A DNA stretch of 64,000 nt from Phoronis australis (GCA_002633005.1 NMRA01000215.1:616183-680182), one strand, 5' to 3'; counted from the first letter of the stretch, positions 13,001 through 26,400 are shown. A program made the numbers and translations. Notes: generated by a model not told the origin, from the sequence alone.

Positions 13001-14047
13001 TGAACCTTCATCACTTCTGCGTACATATCTCTTTCGCTATCCGACGGCAGAAAATGCTTGCCACACACTTGATAATTTACCACTACTTTGTATGTTGGCG
13101 TGGTCGTCTAACACTGCGTTCTTCACACGAACGAGCCAAATACGGCGGAGTGTGTCATCCGTCGAAAAGCGATGAGTGCAATGGAATACCCAAAGTACGC
13201 GTGAGACGATAATGAGCACATCCCGGTACGTAGCAACCGTGCTGACTGTCTCGTAAACAAAAGCAGACGACGACCGAACTTATCGCAAAACAGACTAACT
13301 CGATAGCTTACTGCCAGGCTACATGAAAACAAAGTGACGTCATTTCCAGAAAAGGGTATGACTAATCAATTAAATTTCTGGAATCCCTAATTAAGTGAAA
13401 AAAATGGGTCTGGTATAATCAACGAACCCCATGTTTACTAAAAATGATATGGAAGTAGGTTGATTTCTCCTTCAACTCAGCACTGATCTTTGACACATGG
13501 CGTTACCCTACGCGAATTTATATATCCTTGATCAAAACGTCTTATAATGTACATGAAGTACGACGTTACAAATGAAGACATGAGTTCCTTTGGCTGATAT
13601 GTATGCAAAGCATTGACTGATCAGAAACTTCACTTTTAGCTTCATATGCACTTATAGAGGGCACATCTTTAACAATCAGGTGCTAACGCTAGGTCTGTTT
13701 CGTTCCAGGTGAAGATATGGTTTCAAAATCGTCGATACAAATGCAAGCGTCAGAGACAAGATAAAACACTAGAGTTAACGGCTATGCAACCTCCCCGCAG
13801 AGTGGCTGTCCCGGTTCTTGTGCGGGACGGCAAACCTTGTCTCGCTCGAGAAGGTCAGCAATACTCTCCACCTTACAATGTCAACCCCTTTGCTGCCTAC
13901 GGGGGATACTCTGCGCCGGCCTACAGTAACGTTAGCAATATGTCGAACACATACAATATGGCGCCCATGTCGCACAATATGGCGCCAACGACAAACTACG
14001 ACCAGCAAGCGATGTATGTGAATTCGCAAGGCTTAAGAACATGGTAG
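9763..14047 (+). CDS. NK4: NK4 (tinman/Nkx2-5-like) homeobox transcription factor, 3' part (two exons; 5' exon not found)
   Basis: Joining 9763-10007 and 13709-14047 gives the homeodomain [44 protein letters not shown]|[16 protein letters not shown]. It has Tyr54 (NK2 class) and closely matches Nkx2-5. It is followed by QDKTLEL, the NK2-specific domain [18 protein letters not shown], a Tyr-rich segment and C-terminal GLRTW (GIRAW-like). Splice sites are canonical AG/GT and in frame. Confidence 0.95.
10050..10320. repeat. (CAT/CAC)n microsatellite with assembly gap
   Basis: Runs of catcat/caccac interrupted by an N-run at 10184-10239; intronic, just after the NK4 donor. Confidence 0.9.
10372..10848. 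mobile_element. TA-flanked MITE/foldback with inverted arrays of a 21-bp repeat
   Basis: TA|CGGTGGCTGTGAAAGGACGGCACGGCAAC...GTTGCCGTGCCGTCCTTTCACAGTCACCG|TA, about 45 bp TIRs. The interior is about 19 copies of TTACTAACTCTATCGATAGAC whose orientation flips near 10640. Confidence 0.85.
12044..13471 (-). mobile_element. Kolobok-like THAP element (copy C, diverged subfamily) in the NK4 homeobox intron
   Basis: TTAA|AGGAGAAAGCAAC...GGTTGATTTCTCCT|TCAA; internal sequence is clearly homologous to copy A in reverse orientation ([17 protein letters not shown] etc.). Confidence 0.75.
13709..14047 (+). CDS. NK4: NK4 last exon: helix 3, NK2-specific domain, Tyr-rich region, GLRTW, stop
   Basis: Branch-point-like tgctaac at 13681, pyrimidine tract and ttccAG at 13707-13708; reads [17 protein letters not shown]...GLRTW-TAG. 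Confidence 0.95.
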   Translation: MKIWFQNRRYKCKRQRQDKTLELTAMQPPRRVAVPVLVRDGKPCLAREGQQYSPPYNVNPFAAYGGYSAPAYSNVSNMSNTYNMAPMSHNMAPTTNYDQQAMYVNSQGLRTW

Positions 14048-14358
14048 CACAACGTGTGCGATTTATTGTTTTGTTCCTGTACAAAGTTGTGATTTATATA
14101 TTATTCGTGTACAAAAATATGCCTTGTAGTTTTTTCATGGATCTTGATTTATTTGGCTGTTCTCACTGAATGGTTTTACTTACGATCGTTCGCTGTGTTC
14201 CGTAGTCCAAGAGCGAGATCAAGCAAGACCACGCAAAATCACGTTAGTAAAAGGCAAGTCAAGTTTTGGAAATAACCTCAAGACCTTGACTTTATAATGT
14301 AGCAAAATGGCCGCCACCGACGTGATTGGAACACGAGGCTAGAATATTGACTTATGGG

Positions 14359-14364
14359 AATAAA
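14359..14364 (+). promoter_or_regulatory. candidate polyadenylation signal of NK4
   Basis: AATAAA about 310 nt after the NK4 stop, following a T-rich UTR-like stretch; no transcript support. Confidence 0.35.
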
Positions 14365-16487
14365 CTCGTTATATCTGCGCTATAAGTTAAGATTTCTCGC
14401 CACGAGTATCTCTTGTGTCGTATGCTGTGCAACTCGTATCTGATCGTGAACTCAGACTCGTGAAGCAGGTGCATTGCAAGATATTCTGTAATCCTCCACA
14501 AATGCCCTTCCTCTAGGTCTGCAACTAGAGTTCGTGTGTGTCACCTGACATTTAAACATTGGCACTGCCTTTAGTGTCGCCAGTTTCAGTGAAATTTGGA
14601 TTAATATTAGTGGCAAAACTGCGTGCGATTTGAAATTTATAACAACGTATGTGAGGCAATGCTGATTTCTGCTAAGATTGAACATGTATGGAATCTTGTA
14701 GGACGGTCAGCTATCTGAATTTTACGTTGACCAACTGTTAATATGTGGATACGAGTGTATTGTGGTTTTCAACGTATCATTGAGTACCTAATTCTTGTTC
14801 GAGCAAATGCATTGCACACTTTGAGTTAAAGTTGGGTGCAGTTTTCTTTTTAAATGTAACTTCTAAAACACGTTTTTGAAAGAGCTTTTTCGATCGATCA
14901 CGCTTAGTAAGGAGCGTTACATTTATGCCTCTAAATTTTGGATTAGGTGAATGAGTCTGAGTCATACGGAAATCTGAAAACAAAGAATTTTCCTGTACCC
15001 CTGAAATCGTGGTATAAAAATGACCAAATGATTGGTGGCTGCGTCTCTAGGAGATCGACATTTGGGACGTCATCATAGGAACATGAAAACGGAGGTCAAT
15101 GATCTTACTCTCAAACGGAAGACTCTGGTATCGCCTGCTTGTGGAATGCACTTTTTTGGTGGAAGCATCTAATCTCAACATTCTTCCGCTTTAATAAAGG
15201 TGTCTCTATGTATTGGAACTTTATGTAATCTTCCAATTGACGCATGATGAAAAAAACTGGTATAATTGTATTGTTTTAAGAAACTACTGTCATATACGTG
15301 TTATGATACTGATGGCGACGCTAACGCCGGACGCAGAAAAAACGCCAGATAATCAGGATACTACGGCTAGATTTGGATTATTTTAGCATAAACACTGATT
15401 GCAAAACAGTCTAAAGTACTTTGTATTTGTCTCATTATTTATCTAATAAAATATTTCTCAACATTACACCGTGTGCACTTTGCGTGGAGCTGCGAGCACA
15501 GGCTGCGAAGCGTGAATCAAGAGACATCCCCAGAATATTAGGAACTTTTCGTGAAGTACAGTGCCCTCTGTATTTGCGTTTTAGTACCAATTTACTTAAG
15601 TTTATCAAAGTAACCGTAGACAGTTAACTTAGCTGGTGCGCATTTGTTGCGTCATCAGAAAAACTAAAACACGCAAGTTTTACTCAGTTAATTTTGAAAA
15701 AAAATGACGTGACGCCAACAGTATCATTTGGACATACGTTTAAGTTCTAATACATGTAAGCCGTTGTCGACAAGTGCATTTAAACAAATAACTATAAAAC
15801 TACAGAAATAAACTCCAAAAGTATTTATTTTCTTAAAGTCGGAAGCATGTAGACTACGATTTTTAAATTCATACCAATCTGCTGTTTTCGGAAAGTATCG
15901 CAAATTAGGTAAACATTTCCTAGCAAAACAACGGTATCAACAATGACGCCAAATTTCATTTCGTAAATGAAATCTCAAAAAAAACTTTGTTGCAGGTTTC
16001 TGAAATATCAGTTCGTTTTCGTTTTAAATGGATGTTCTTGGCGAGAACAGCTATTTTCTGACATCAGCCTTTGCCTCTGAGGATTCGAATCTGAAATCCC
16101 CGCGATCGCAGTCAAACGCACTCCTAGCCTAGCTCAATACCAGCCGATAAATGACAAACACTGGTCAAGTCACCGGCCTTAGATTCAGCGAATATCTGAC
16201 AAACAACGGTGAGGATTGGCGATTTGCGATAAAATCACAAAATGGGATTTTGTATTTCTTGTTTTGTACATGTAGCTCTGGTCAAAGCTAGTAACTTCAA
16301 GAAGTCTATCCCCAAAAATGTGTTAAAGTCTGCGGTAAAACGGAAAATGTCTATTAAAGTACATAATTTATAGTCTCATACTCTGTAACCCTTGTTGCAA
16401 TAGTGAAACCTTTAAAAACAATTTCTATATAACAGCGTTTCAGAAAACAGTACATAACTTGAAGTATAGTTCGGTAGTAGCCCATCG

Positions 16488-16622
16488 TTTACACAAACTT
16501 CGTTAAAGATAAGACTAGACTTTTTTGTTAGCGAGCTTGATACTGTTCCAAAATTACCAACGTGCTAGTATCAAGCTCGCTAACAAAAAGTCTAGTCGTG
16601 TCTTTAACGAGATTTGTGTAAA
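16488..16622. repeat. near-perfect palindrome/hairpin
   Basis: About 57 bp arms (tttacacaaacttcgttaaag...gagcttgatact / agtatcaagctcg...ctttaacgagatttgtgtaaa) around a 22 nt loop. Confidence 0.85.
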
Positions 16623-16785
16623 TTGAAGTATGTGGAAATTATTTCATATAAATCCGAACAACCATTTCTGATATATGGCGTTAGGAATTCAGCCAAATTT
16701 GTACATAGTTATAGGATCTTTCGGAACCTAAGAGATGTCCAATACAGCCATTCTCGTTGTGTAGTATCTGACATGGACGAGCTTA

Positions 16786-17046
16786 CATGGACGCATCCAG
16801 CCTAAAAAATGGGGGCGGGGGGCTCGAATTTTTGAAAAAGTGGACTAAGATTCACGTGGTACGTTTATGGCTATGAATTGTGCATTCGCCGAATTTTGGT
16901 ACTTCTTGCCTTTTTAGTGGATTTTTGTCTCGTTTTCTATATTTCAGGAGTTTTTGTTCCCCTGAGGAAGACCCTTTTGTCCACTTCACCAAATGGGGGC
17001 TCGTTCAAGCTCCCGAGCCCCCAAACCACCCCTGTGTGCGCGCATG
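16786..17046. mobile_element. second copy of the 4735-5000 MITE family
   Basis: CATGGACGCATCCAG...CTGTGTGCGCGCATG; shares ccacttc(a/g)ccaaatgggggctc with the first copy. Confidence 0.7.
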
Positions 17047-17689
17047 TCATGTCAGGTAATTACGTTTTGGGCTAACAAAGTGTGCATGTAGTAATAACTA
17101 GAACCATGTTTTACAGCCTTTAAAATTTATTTTGTCAGAGTGCATTATGTGCATACATGTATTACAGTCATCGGTGTCGTCAGAAAGCCTACCAACCCCA
17201 GTTTCTTTCAATTCCCGTTTCGGCGATCTCCACATCTTTACCTGTAGGCAAATTCAACTGTGTTTATTATATTTGCGTATGTTCGCGTACCGTATCGGTA
17301 CCCAGTGGTGAAAGCGATTCGGCGATAAGGGGCCGCATCTTTAGAAAGTCATCATCCATTTGCTTAGTATAGAAGGTGGCGTAAAACAGAAAAGACCACA
17401 GTTAATAAAGACTTTAAATGCTCTTTCAGTGGGAACAGAGAGCCCATTTCGCGTATTAAGCCAAAAAGCATAATTGGCTATGAACTGCGATTTTTTAAAC
17501 AACTGGTGGTACCGAGTTTTTTAGTTCCTCAAAACAAGAACATCTACGTGCAGTGAGCAAAACTGATGGTGATTTTTTTTACTCAGCTCTAGCCAGGAGG
17601 TGGGGGTGAGGGGGAAGAGCACTCGTGCCAATTCTCGAAAATTCATGCTTTTCATCCTTATCAACTGGGGTGTCTTCCGATGACGCCAC

Positions 17690-18073
17690 CCTCATCATAT
17701 TGTGATCTGGCCTTTCGTACCTGGCCACGCCGGTGTCTTGATTAATGAGCGTGCAGATTACCTCGCTGGCTCATGCACCACCAACCTACCCATCTACTTA
17801 TATTCGGCTGATATTAAGCTTCTGGCCCACAAACGCACCCTCGAGCAGACTTCGTCCCAACTGGCTGAGTTCAATGATGGTAGCCGACTGCTCGAAGCCG
17901 GTATTATTTATGGCCATGCTACTAAAAGTTACAAGCAGAGCCGTGCCCGAGTGTTGTCAAATCGGATGCTTACAGGCAACGTTAGCCCTGGAGTTCTGCG
18001 CCTTCTGCTGTCACGGGGATGGTCTGGGGAGGGGATAAATGCATCAGCATGTCCCCAATGCTCCTGTCCGTGA
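17690..18073 (+). mobile_element. non-LTR retrotransposon fragment (RNase H C-terminus)
   Basis: IWPFVPGHAGVLINERADYLA matches the RNase H motif WVPGHxGxxGNExADxLA of I/Nimb/R1-type LINEs; no upstream RT is present. Confidence 0.7.
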
Positions 18074-19259
18074 CATGTATTACAGGTATTCATCCTTATC
18101 GGGGGCAACGAATATGGACGTGGTGTCACAATCCAGCAAGTCGATAAATGAAGATCAAAAAATCCTTTAGGACAGCAGATTTACCAAAACAAAAGATTCT
18201 TTTACCCGCAGAATGAAAACAAGTTTGGGAACCAAATCAAAAAATCGTCTGATTTTTTTTCAATAATAAACTTCAGACAAATTTTCAATTCCAGTGGTTT
18301 TCTTAAAAGATGAGCATCTATCTGGTATCAATAGAATTTGACAGCATTTTGCCACGAAACTCAAATGACGAATGGATGCAAGGTACAGACCGTATGTTGT
18401 AACAGATATATAAATCCAGCACTTCACTCGTCCCAAACGATCATTGTGACGAGGCAAGTTTGGAACAGAAGCCGTGACGTATTGCTGTCAAGGTACACCT
18501 GCGCCCAAGTTCACTAGATATTCACATTGCCCGTATTTGTTACGGATTCTACTACCGAATGCTCTGTATTTTGGATGAAACAATAAAAAGACATTCAGTT
18601 TACGTTGAACCGTGAAACTGGTTTTCAATTGGTAAAATTACCATTTTGTCATTGTTTTTTAGCCGACATCGTAAACAGAAGCGAAGCGTCGCAGTTATTG
18701 AATCATAGCACTGTTAACCAATCGTACGTTGGCGTTGTACTCCGACACATAACGAGTCGATCTACATAATGCTATATATGGACAGAATACTTAGGTAATT
18801 CGAACAGTTTCACGTTACCCCGTCATGCCTGCCTGCAGTTTTGGAAAGGAGTAAACATGGCTGGAAATTTGTTCTAAATAGTCTGACGAAGACTTATTTT
18901 TTTACAACTTGATGTGGCATAGAGGGAAGATCTGTGGTTGAACAATGACATGGTATTCGTCTTTTCCAACAACGTGGCTATATACTGGTACACTTCCGGA
19001 TTTTTCTTTCATACTAAGTGATTCCTTGGGAGACACGAGAATTTTTCATAGAGTATTATGAGGCTTAAAATAAGCGCGGACGCCATAACTAAAAAGTACA
19101 CTTTTTAGAACATAAAAAGCTGCAAGAATGTAAGGGCTAGTCACGGAACCAACAGGTTCATTTCGGGTTTGATCACCCCTCAGGTAGCAGATTAGCTACA
19201 CCAATTCACCGGCTGTCGGGGTACATACATGTATGCTAGAATTTCGTAATGCTAATTAA

Positions 19260-19480
19260 TGAACTGCAGTGAAAATCTTTGACAACGATTCTAACTGGTT
19301 CAAACGGGGAGTGAAGGAATCTATTCATATCTCAATCCACGGCTCCATAAAGACGGTGGGAGGTAATTTCCCAAAATCCACAACAGGCCTGAAGAGCAGC
19401 TCAACCCTGATCCTACGACACCTAGTGGACATTCTCAGGGTGAACAAGAAGGCGGATCGCCGTCGAAAGGCTCTAAGTGA
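19260..19480 (+). mobile_element. Penelope-like element 3' fragment (GIY-YIG C-terminus)
   Basis: KIFDNDSNWFKRGVKESIHI resembles the ILDxExxWFxRGVKEAIxI tail of Penelope-like GIY-YIG endonucleases, followed by a gaagaa(g)gc..gatcg..gtcgaaagg-type 3' stretch. Confidence 0.65.
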
Positions 19481-20807
19481 TGCATTTGAATTTTTGCTTT
19501 GAGTGCGGTTCATATATTTTCATTAAGGATTATAAATATATGACAAAAGCCTCTCCCATTCATGTTTCGAATTTTAACCAATTTGAACAGTCGATTGAGA
19601 GGCTAAATGTAACCACAGAGACACAGCATTGTCATTGCAATGAACGATTTTGGCGGAAAATCTACAGTTTTGATTCGGCTTACGTACGAGAGTTAATTTC
19701 TCTCACCGAAATTGGCTTCATTTGATGCCATTAGCGGTTTTGATGCTATTGCACAATTTTGGCACACCCAGTTGAAGCCGCTGCCCGCTCACAAAATCGT
19801 AAAAAGTCGATGGTGCTCGTACACGGCTTCAAAGATTCTTGCGACCCCAGAATGTTCTTAGGTTTACAAGTGTACATGTATGTTTAGAATGATTACCATG
19901 AACAACGGGTAGATGGAAGCGATATAAATCTGGGCAATGTGGAGTTGTTGAAACAGTGACAACAAGTCGATTAGTATAGTTGTGTATATGGCTCATCTTC
20001 TACCATTACATGTATACGTGTTGCGCATGAACGTTTGTTTTTATATACTTACACTCGCAGACGCGATCTTCAGCAAAAACTTCCTTCAGTGGACCTTTTA
20101 CCGTTTTCAGAATGTCACTGAAAATAACCCAATGAACCGGCGAATTAACCAAAAATAATGGTATTTTTAAAGCGAATTGAATACACGTGGTACATAGAAC
20201 ACACATTTATTGCCAAGAACGGAAATGACAAAATCAAATGCTAATAACAGGTACTTAAGCTTGTAACCGGAGTGTCCTTGAACCGTGAAACATTTGACGC
20301 TGCACAGTCCACGTGATGTTGACATTTGCAATGGTGGTTGATAAATAGTATAGAAAAAATATTCCCAGGCTTTGCTTAAAAATACAAAGTAAGAAAAATC
20401 GAATAGAGTTGACTAATGCATTTTTCGTGCTTCCAAAAACTATTTTTAAATGGCATGTCTCAGGGATATCGATAAATCAATATCTCATATACGTTTCAGG
20501 ATGTTATGAGGACGACGCAGATTTGTAATTTGGCCAACTCAACAGAACATTCATATTCTCTGAATATTGTTTTACAATAACCTGCATCTTAACATACATG
20601 TACATACGAACATATTTTTGAAAGTGCTATCAAAGAGTAAATTCAAAGGAACCTTAAATCGCCTGTATTTGAAAAACAAAATTAATGTTTCAGAACACGA
20701 GTTTAAAACGGGGAGTTGCCTCAAGTGGCTACAATAAACGAGAATTATATTGACTTGTACGTTAACACTGAAGTGTCTCAAACCTTCAATGGTTACGGTT
20801 CAATCTT

Positions 20808-21170
20808 ATAACGAGTGCGCTCGGATGAGCGACACTTGGCGAAATTAACCGAAAAGACGACGATGGGGAGGACGACGACGACGATGACGATGAAGGCGGC
20901 GATTATGAACAACACGATAACATTCATGTGACTAGCGAAGAAATCAGTAAGAACTAGGGTGCAGTCTTGTTCAATAGCCGGTAAACTGACAACAGTGCGA
21001 GAGCGCCCGTAAGAGCGACACTTGGCGAAATTAGCCGAAAAGACGACGATGGGGAGGACGACGACGACGACGACGATGACGATGAAAGCGGCGATTATGA
21101 ACAACACGATAACATTCATGTGACTAGCAAAGAAATTTGTAAGAAATAGGCTGCACTCTTGTTCAAGCTC
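20808..21170. repeat. tandem pair of an about 190 bp dispersed repeat containing a (GAC/GAT)n microsatellite
   Basis: GAGCGACACTTGGCGAAATTAACCGAAAAGACGACGATG...AAATCAGTAAGAA...GCAGTCTTGTTCAA twice; same family as 41245-41615. Confidence 0.8.
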
Positions 21171-22154
21171 TAACTCCGGGTTCCGAAGTTGTACAGAAAG
21201 CGCTTTATTTTACAGTCCTTGACTAATCGAGTTGTGAATTTAGGTCATTGACACGTGTCTATAGCGGGGATTGCAAAGGTGGTCCAGGCCAAAAAGCTAT
21301 CAAACACAAAGAAAAGAAACTGATATTGATAATGAACACTTATAGTTGTTTTCACAAGAGAATCAAAAAGTTGTTTTTTTTCCAAATAATCGCAAAAAGT
21401 CACAATGTTCATGTTCGAAGATTTGTCGTAAAAGTTAACGCTGGGCCGCAACGTTTGTTCACGTAAGCTTTATCAATATTTAAATTTTACTTTGCAAAAT
21501 CTCTACGGACACCAGACTTCACTTCACTACCAAAAATCGAAGCAACTGAGATGTTTAAAGCAATTTTACCCCAAGGTGGATGCTTAATCGCATCTTGGAA
21601 TGAGGTTTATCTATAACTTTATTTCCATTGGTGTGTTAAGAACTAATAACATGACAATTCAAATATACGAGTGGAGAAACGAGCCAAACTGTGAATCGTA
21701 AAATATTGACAGCAAGACATTTAATTAGAGATTGTGATGGCTTTAGATGATAAATGTGCTTCCGTTTCTGTTTCCGATGAAATTTGAAACTGAATGCCTC
21801 ATTGCGAATTAATCTTCACTTGGAGGTCAAGACATTTGCCGATCGAGGAACACGAGCTCAACACAAAGACTGAAGCGGTTAAAAATACAAAGCTAAAATT
21901 CGACACGTATTTGTTGCAGCATGTTTTAGAATCACACAGTTTTTAATACACATCTACTGACGTGCAATTCATAAATACGGTTATGTTTCTACAACTTTAA
22001 TTTGGCGCAAAAGTGAAGTACTATCTTACCAGTTGAACATTTTCAACAAAGGTAAACGAAAATTCTCTCTAAAGAATTAAGTAAAGTTATAAACTTTACT
22101 TCATTACTTAAAGAGTTTATACTCTACAGCTACCATAAAGAAGTACACAATGAA

Positions 22155-22741
22155 ATACGAGAATTTTGAAAAAAAATGGTAAATGACAATTTTGGTGATC
22201 GTTTTTGCTCGAAATTGTTATCATAATAAACGCAATATACCTGCAGATTGGTCTAAAATACTCCGACTTTCCGTTTCATTTTAATTAAAATCTTCATAAA
22301 ATGGATTTCAACGCAAGTTAGTACAGTCGAATCTTAAGCCCAAATAATGTTCATTCAGCGCATCTCTTAATCCATATGTTTTCAAACTATAACTTTGTTG
22401 TGATGCACCGCCAACTAAAATGGCCGCCGTAGATTGACAGCTGACCANATACGAGAATTTTGAAAAAAAAATGGTAAATGACAATTTTGGTGATCGTTTT
22501 TGCTCGAAATTGTTATCATAATAAACGCAATATACCTGCAGATTGGTCTAAAATACTCCGACTTTCCGTTTCATTTTAATTAAAATCTTCATAAAATGGA
22601 TTTCAACGCAAGTTAGTACAGTCGAATCTTAAGCCCAAATAATGTTCATTCAGCGCATCTCTTAATCCATATGTTTTCAAACTATAACTTTGTTGTGATG
22701 CACCGCCAACTAAAATGGCCGCCGTAGATTGACAGCTGACC
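22155..22741. repeat. about 290 bp essentially exact tandem duplication across a single N (probable assembly overlap)
   Basis: 22155-22448 is repeated at 22450-22741 and differs only in an A-run length; the N is at 22449. Confidence 0.9.
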
Positions 22742-23297
22742 AATGCATGATGGTTATTCACTCAATTATCTTTCGACTGATGAAACTCATCCTGTATTTT
22801 GAATTGGAGAATGTAAAGGAAAGATTATCTCCAAGCATTGTGCTCTTCTGACGCGTTTCTCTCTCGGCTGGCTGGCGAGAGTGAAGCCGTCTTTAACGCG
22901 ACGCGTTTTAAAAAAACCGTCGCGTACTTGTTATAGCTCGTGTGAAAATTACTTGTTTCTTAATAAAAAGAATTATATCCATTTATAATAACTTATGTGG
23001 TAATTCTTAACTCATATTGCCTAGAAACACAGGGTGTACAAGACCATTCTGCCTAACCCTTCATGAAAAACGCTGTTGAGAGAAAAAAATTATAATTTTG
23101 GTAGAAATTTGGAAAATACTCAAATGGAATTAAGTAGTTGAAGCTAGAACACATGCTACATAGTACAGATGACAATGTACTGTACAACAGAGCCATCTCA
23201 TAGAAGATTCTAAGGAGGATCTTGGCAAGGGCAAGGGTTAACGAACAGGAAACTAACTAAGAGCTTGCCACTTGCATCGTGGGTAGGGAGTTATTGC

Positions 23298-23460
23298 ATG
23301 CAAGAGTTGCGTCACGAGGTACAGCGACCAGCAAAAGGAATTGTGGGTAGAAGATACTGCTTACAAGTGTTATGTCACGAGGGATTGTGACTAGCAAGAG
23401 GAATCGTGAGTAGAAGAAACTGCTTGCAAGTTTTGTGTCACGAGGACTGACCAGCAAGTT
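23298..23460. repeat. minisatellite, about 2.5 copies of a 60-63 bp unit
   Basis: caag.gttgcgtcacgagg...gaccagcaaaaggaattgtgggtagaaga.actgctt repeated. Confidence 0.75.
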
Positions 23461-26400
23461 CACGGTCTCAGTACAGTGTGTTTAAATTCAAAGATTTACC
23501 AACATAATTGTCATCCAACAAGTGTCGAGTTCTACAGCTTGATATAGCAGATAAAACGTTTGATTATTTATAGTTAATTGATTGAAGTAATCTTCTTCAT
23601 TGACAGTCTACTTAATTTAACAACTTATTTTAATCAGTGGTTATTTTGTAATAAATTGATTACTGGATTTCACCATTCTCTCTCCATATACACACAAACT
23701 CAAAGCATAGAGTAGCTTCCTTTTAAACAAACCCACAGTTAACTTCTGAAAGCAAAAAAAAACTGATATGTGAGCTAACATCAGTTACAATCAACATGTT
23801 GCGTCGCAATAAAAGCATTAATGAAAAAAAATATTTTGACCATGACGAAAACTGCAGTAGCCCCAATTTTACTGAACAGGGTAAAAAGACACCTCATGAT
23901 ACGTTTTATGACAAAATAACAAACTTTCGTTTTTTTTTTAAATGAGAGTGCTTCTCAGACCCAAGTCCAGTATATCTGCTTGGTCTGTTGTGCATTTTGA
24001 AGAAAGACTTTGTGTGGTGGTGTGATGTTTGTCCAATTTGTAGTCTAAGCTCCCAGGTTCCTTCAGTGAACTACCGTTAAAACCTGATGAGCTGCCCCTA
24101 TAGGGTAAAGAAATTTTCAGAGGTATGGTTAAAATGACAGCTATACACCTTTTAAGTCCACGAACACATAAATGAATAATCAAAGTTTTAGCCAACATTT
24201 ATAAAAATTAGAAACTGTCAAAAAAACAAAACTCAATGTGTATACACATTACAAAGGACCAATTACGGACCAGTAGGCGTATTTTATCAAACATCTACAA
24301 AACTATAGATTTTTATTCCATAAAAGTACATATTTCTGAAAGTGGAAAGCTTGTAAAATTCAATTTGTGGCTTTTTACAAATCTCCAGTCAATTGTATCA
24401 CGTGACCATGTATTTATATAAAAAATAACAAAAAAGGTACAATGAAAGCACAACAAGAGTATCAACGACATGGCAAATCTTTATTTGATATAAGCATTTA
24501 AAATGAAATCTCAAAAAGGCTATTACAGTGTTCTATTTATGTATTTGTATTACTGTATGTTTTTCATGAACATCATAAAAGTCCTGGTTATTACACTCCC
24601 TCGTGTAAAAGTGGAACATTTTCAGAACAGTTCCTAAAAACCGATTGTCGAATTTTGCATAAGCCGTAGAGAATGAAAGTTTCAAATAAACGTGTTCAGC
24701 CATTTCTGAGATATGATGTTCCGAAAACGTTGTATGTTTTGATCAATTTTGGCCCTTTGACTTACTACACGATTTTTATCAAAACAGAACGAGCAAATAC
24801 TAAACCGGATGTGGAGTGCTGTGTATATGTCAGAGGTATTCGGTTAGATCGAGTTAACTGCATACACCTTTTAAAGAGGCATGGAACGCGAAACCTTGTC
24901 AAAATATCCCTTAAAGTTGTAAATATGAAAAAAATCAACAATAGTTGGTCCTCTCTGGTTCTTGTGTTTTACTGAGTACCTGAGTGTTCCATCGAAACAC
25001 GGGCCCCGGTGTAAACCATACATCCCGGAATTGAAAAAAGCACCCCTACCTTCAAAACAGCTAACCAGCCCAAATAACACAAACCCTGGCCTTTAAAACA
25101 GAAATCCCGGGGATCGGAAGGAAATCCGGACATTTTTTTTAATTTCTAAGACTGTTGTCAGTAACCTCAAACTTTGAGTTAAAGCCTCAGATCTTCAAGT
25201 ATTTTCTTAGTTGTTTTTTCTACATTTGTTTGTTAAAAATTATCAATCGGATAAAACGTAACTTCTGTTATAATGACTTTTTATTTAACATTTATCGGTA
25301 AAAGTCGTGCAATTTGTCTGTGGACAAATTTCAGTATAATCTACTCTTTAAACACGTTGTTTTTCTCAGTGAATATTTAGTTAATAACAGATTATTCAAT
25401 ACTTTTTCCAAAAATATTTTCCAAAATGAAAAACACAAATATTATTTCAACTTTCGAGTGCCATTGTCGATTTAATTTTTTGTGACATGTACACGACTTC
25501 ATGGAAGAACAGCTGAAGAATTGGGGAAAAGGAACTGGCCAATAGGTGACACAATATTTCATGGCGAAATAGATTATACACGTAGACAACAGATTCGCAA
25601 CTCCGACATTTTCTTGTGAAATATCCTAGAGGAGGCGCCACCCTCTAAACGTAGCAAACTTATATGACGGGAAATTCTTGCATCTATTTTACTGTCCAGT
25701 GCTACCAACAAAAATTAATTTCGGCAATGAAACGCTCCGTGCAGTTGAAGTTCGAGATAGATTCTGAGTAGGTCTGCTACATTGTACTGTACATGTATAT
25801 CTGCCAGGTGTCACCAATGAATAGTTACGTGATTTCGTTCACAGAAAATATACGGTGTTGGCAGTCCATGTACTGTTGTCTATGATGGCCCTTAAAGTCA
25901 ACGCAAAAGATCGCACCACAATTTTAGCAGCTAAATAACGTAGCACGCCAATCCGTAAAACGTTGTCTAAAATTCTCATATAGTAAAATAACATATCACA
26001 ACAACTATTTAATGTAGTAAGATTTCATTTTTATCAAAGAATGCTTGACTGAAAGTGCAGGAGCTGTTTCCGTCCCAAGGTGAACTGTCCCATGCCGAGG
26101 TTCTTGTTTCATATAGGAATCCCGGGAGGTCGGGGTTCAAGTTTTCCCCTGCTGGTTAGCAGTTTTGAAGGTGTAGCAGTCCGTTTTGGCCCCCAGAATA
26201 TTTGTTTTCACCGGGATTCCTGTTTCGACAGAACACACTGAGTACCCACGGGTTCGAGTTTTTGACAGGTCTTGGAATGGACGCGTGTAAGTGAGGTTTT
26301 GCCTGCGTTTGCCCTTTGCCTATTGTACAAATCATTTGCTTTTGTGTTTTCAGCAAATGAATAACTCTTTTCAAAAGTAAAATAGTTTTGCTTTAACACA

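Noticed and set aside
20793-21119. Hydrophobic two-TM-like ORF
   Set aside because: Antisense translation of (GAC/GAT)n within a tandem repeat.
22155-22741. Tandem duplication as a biological event
   Set aside because: Essentially identical copies joined at a single N: a typical contig-overlap artefact.
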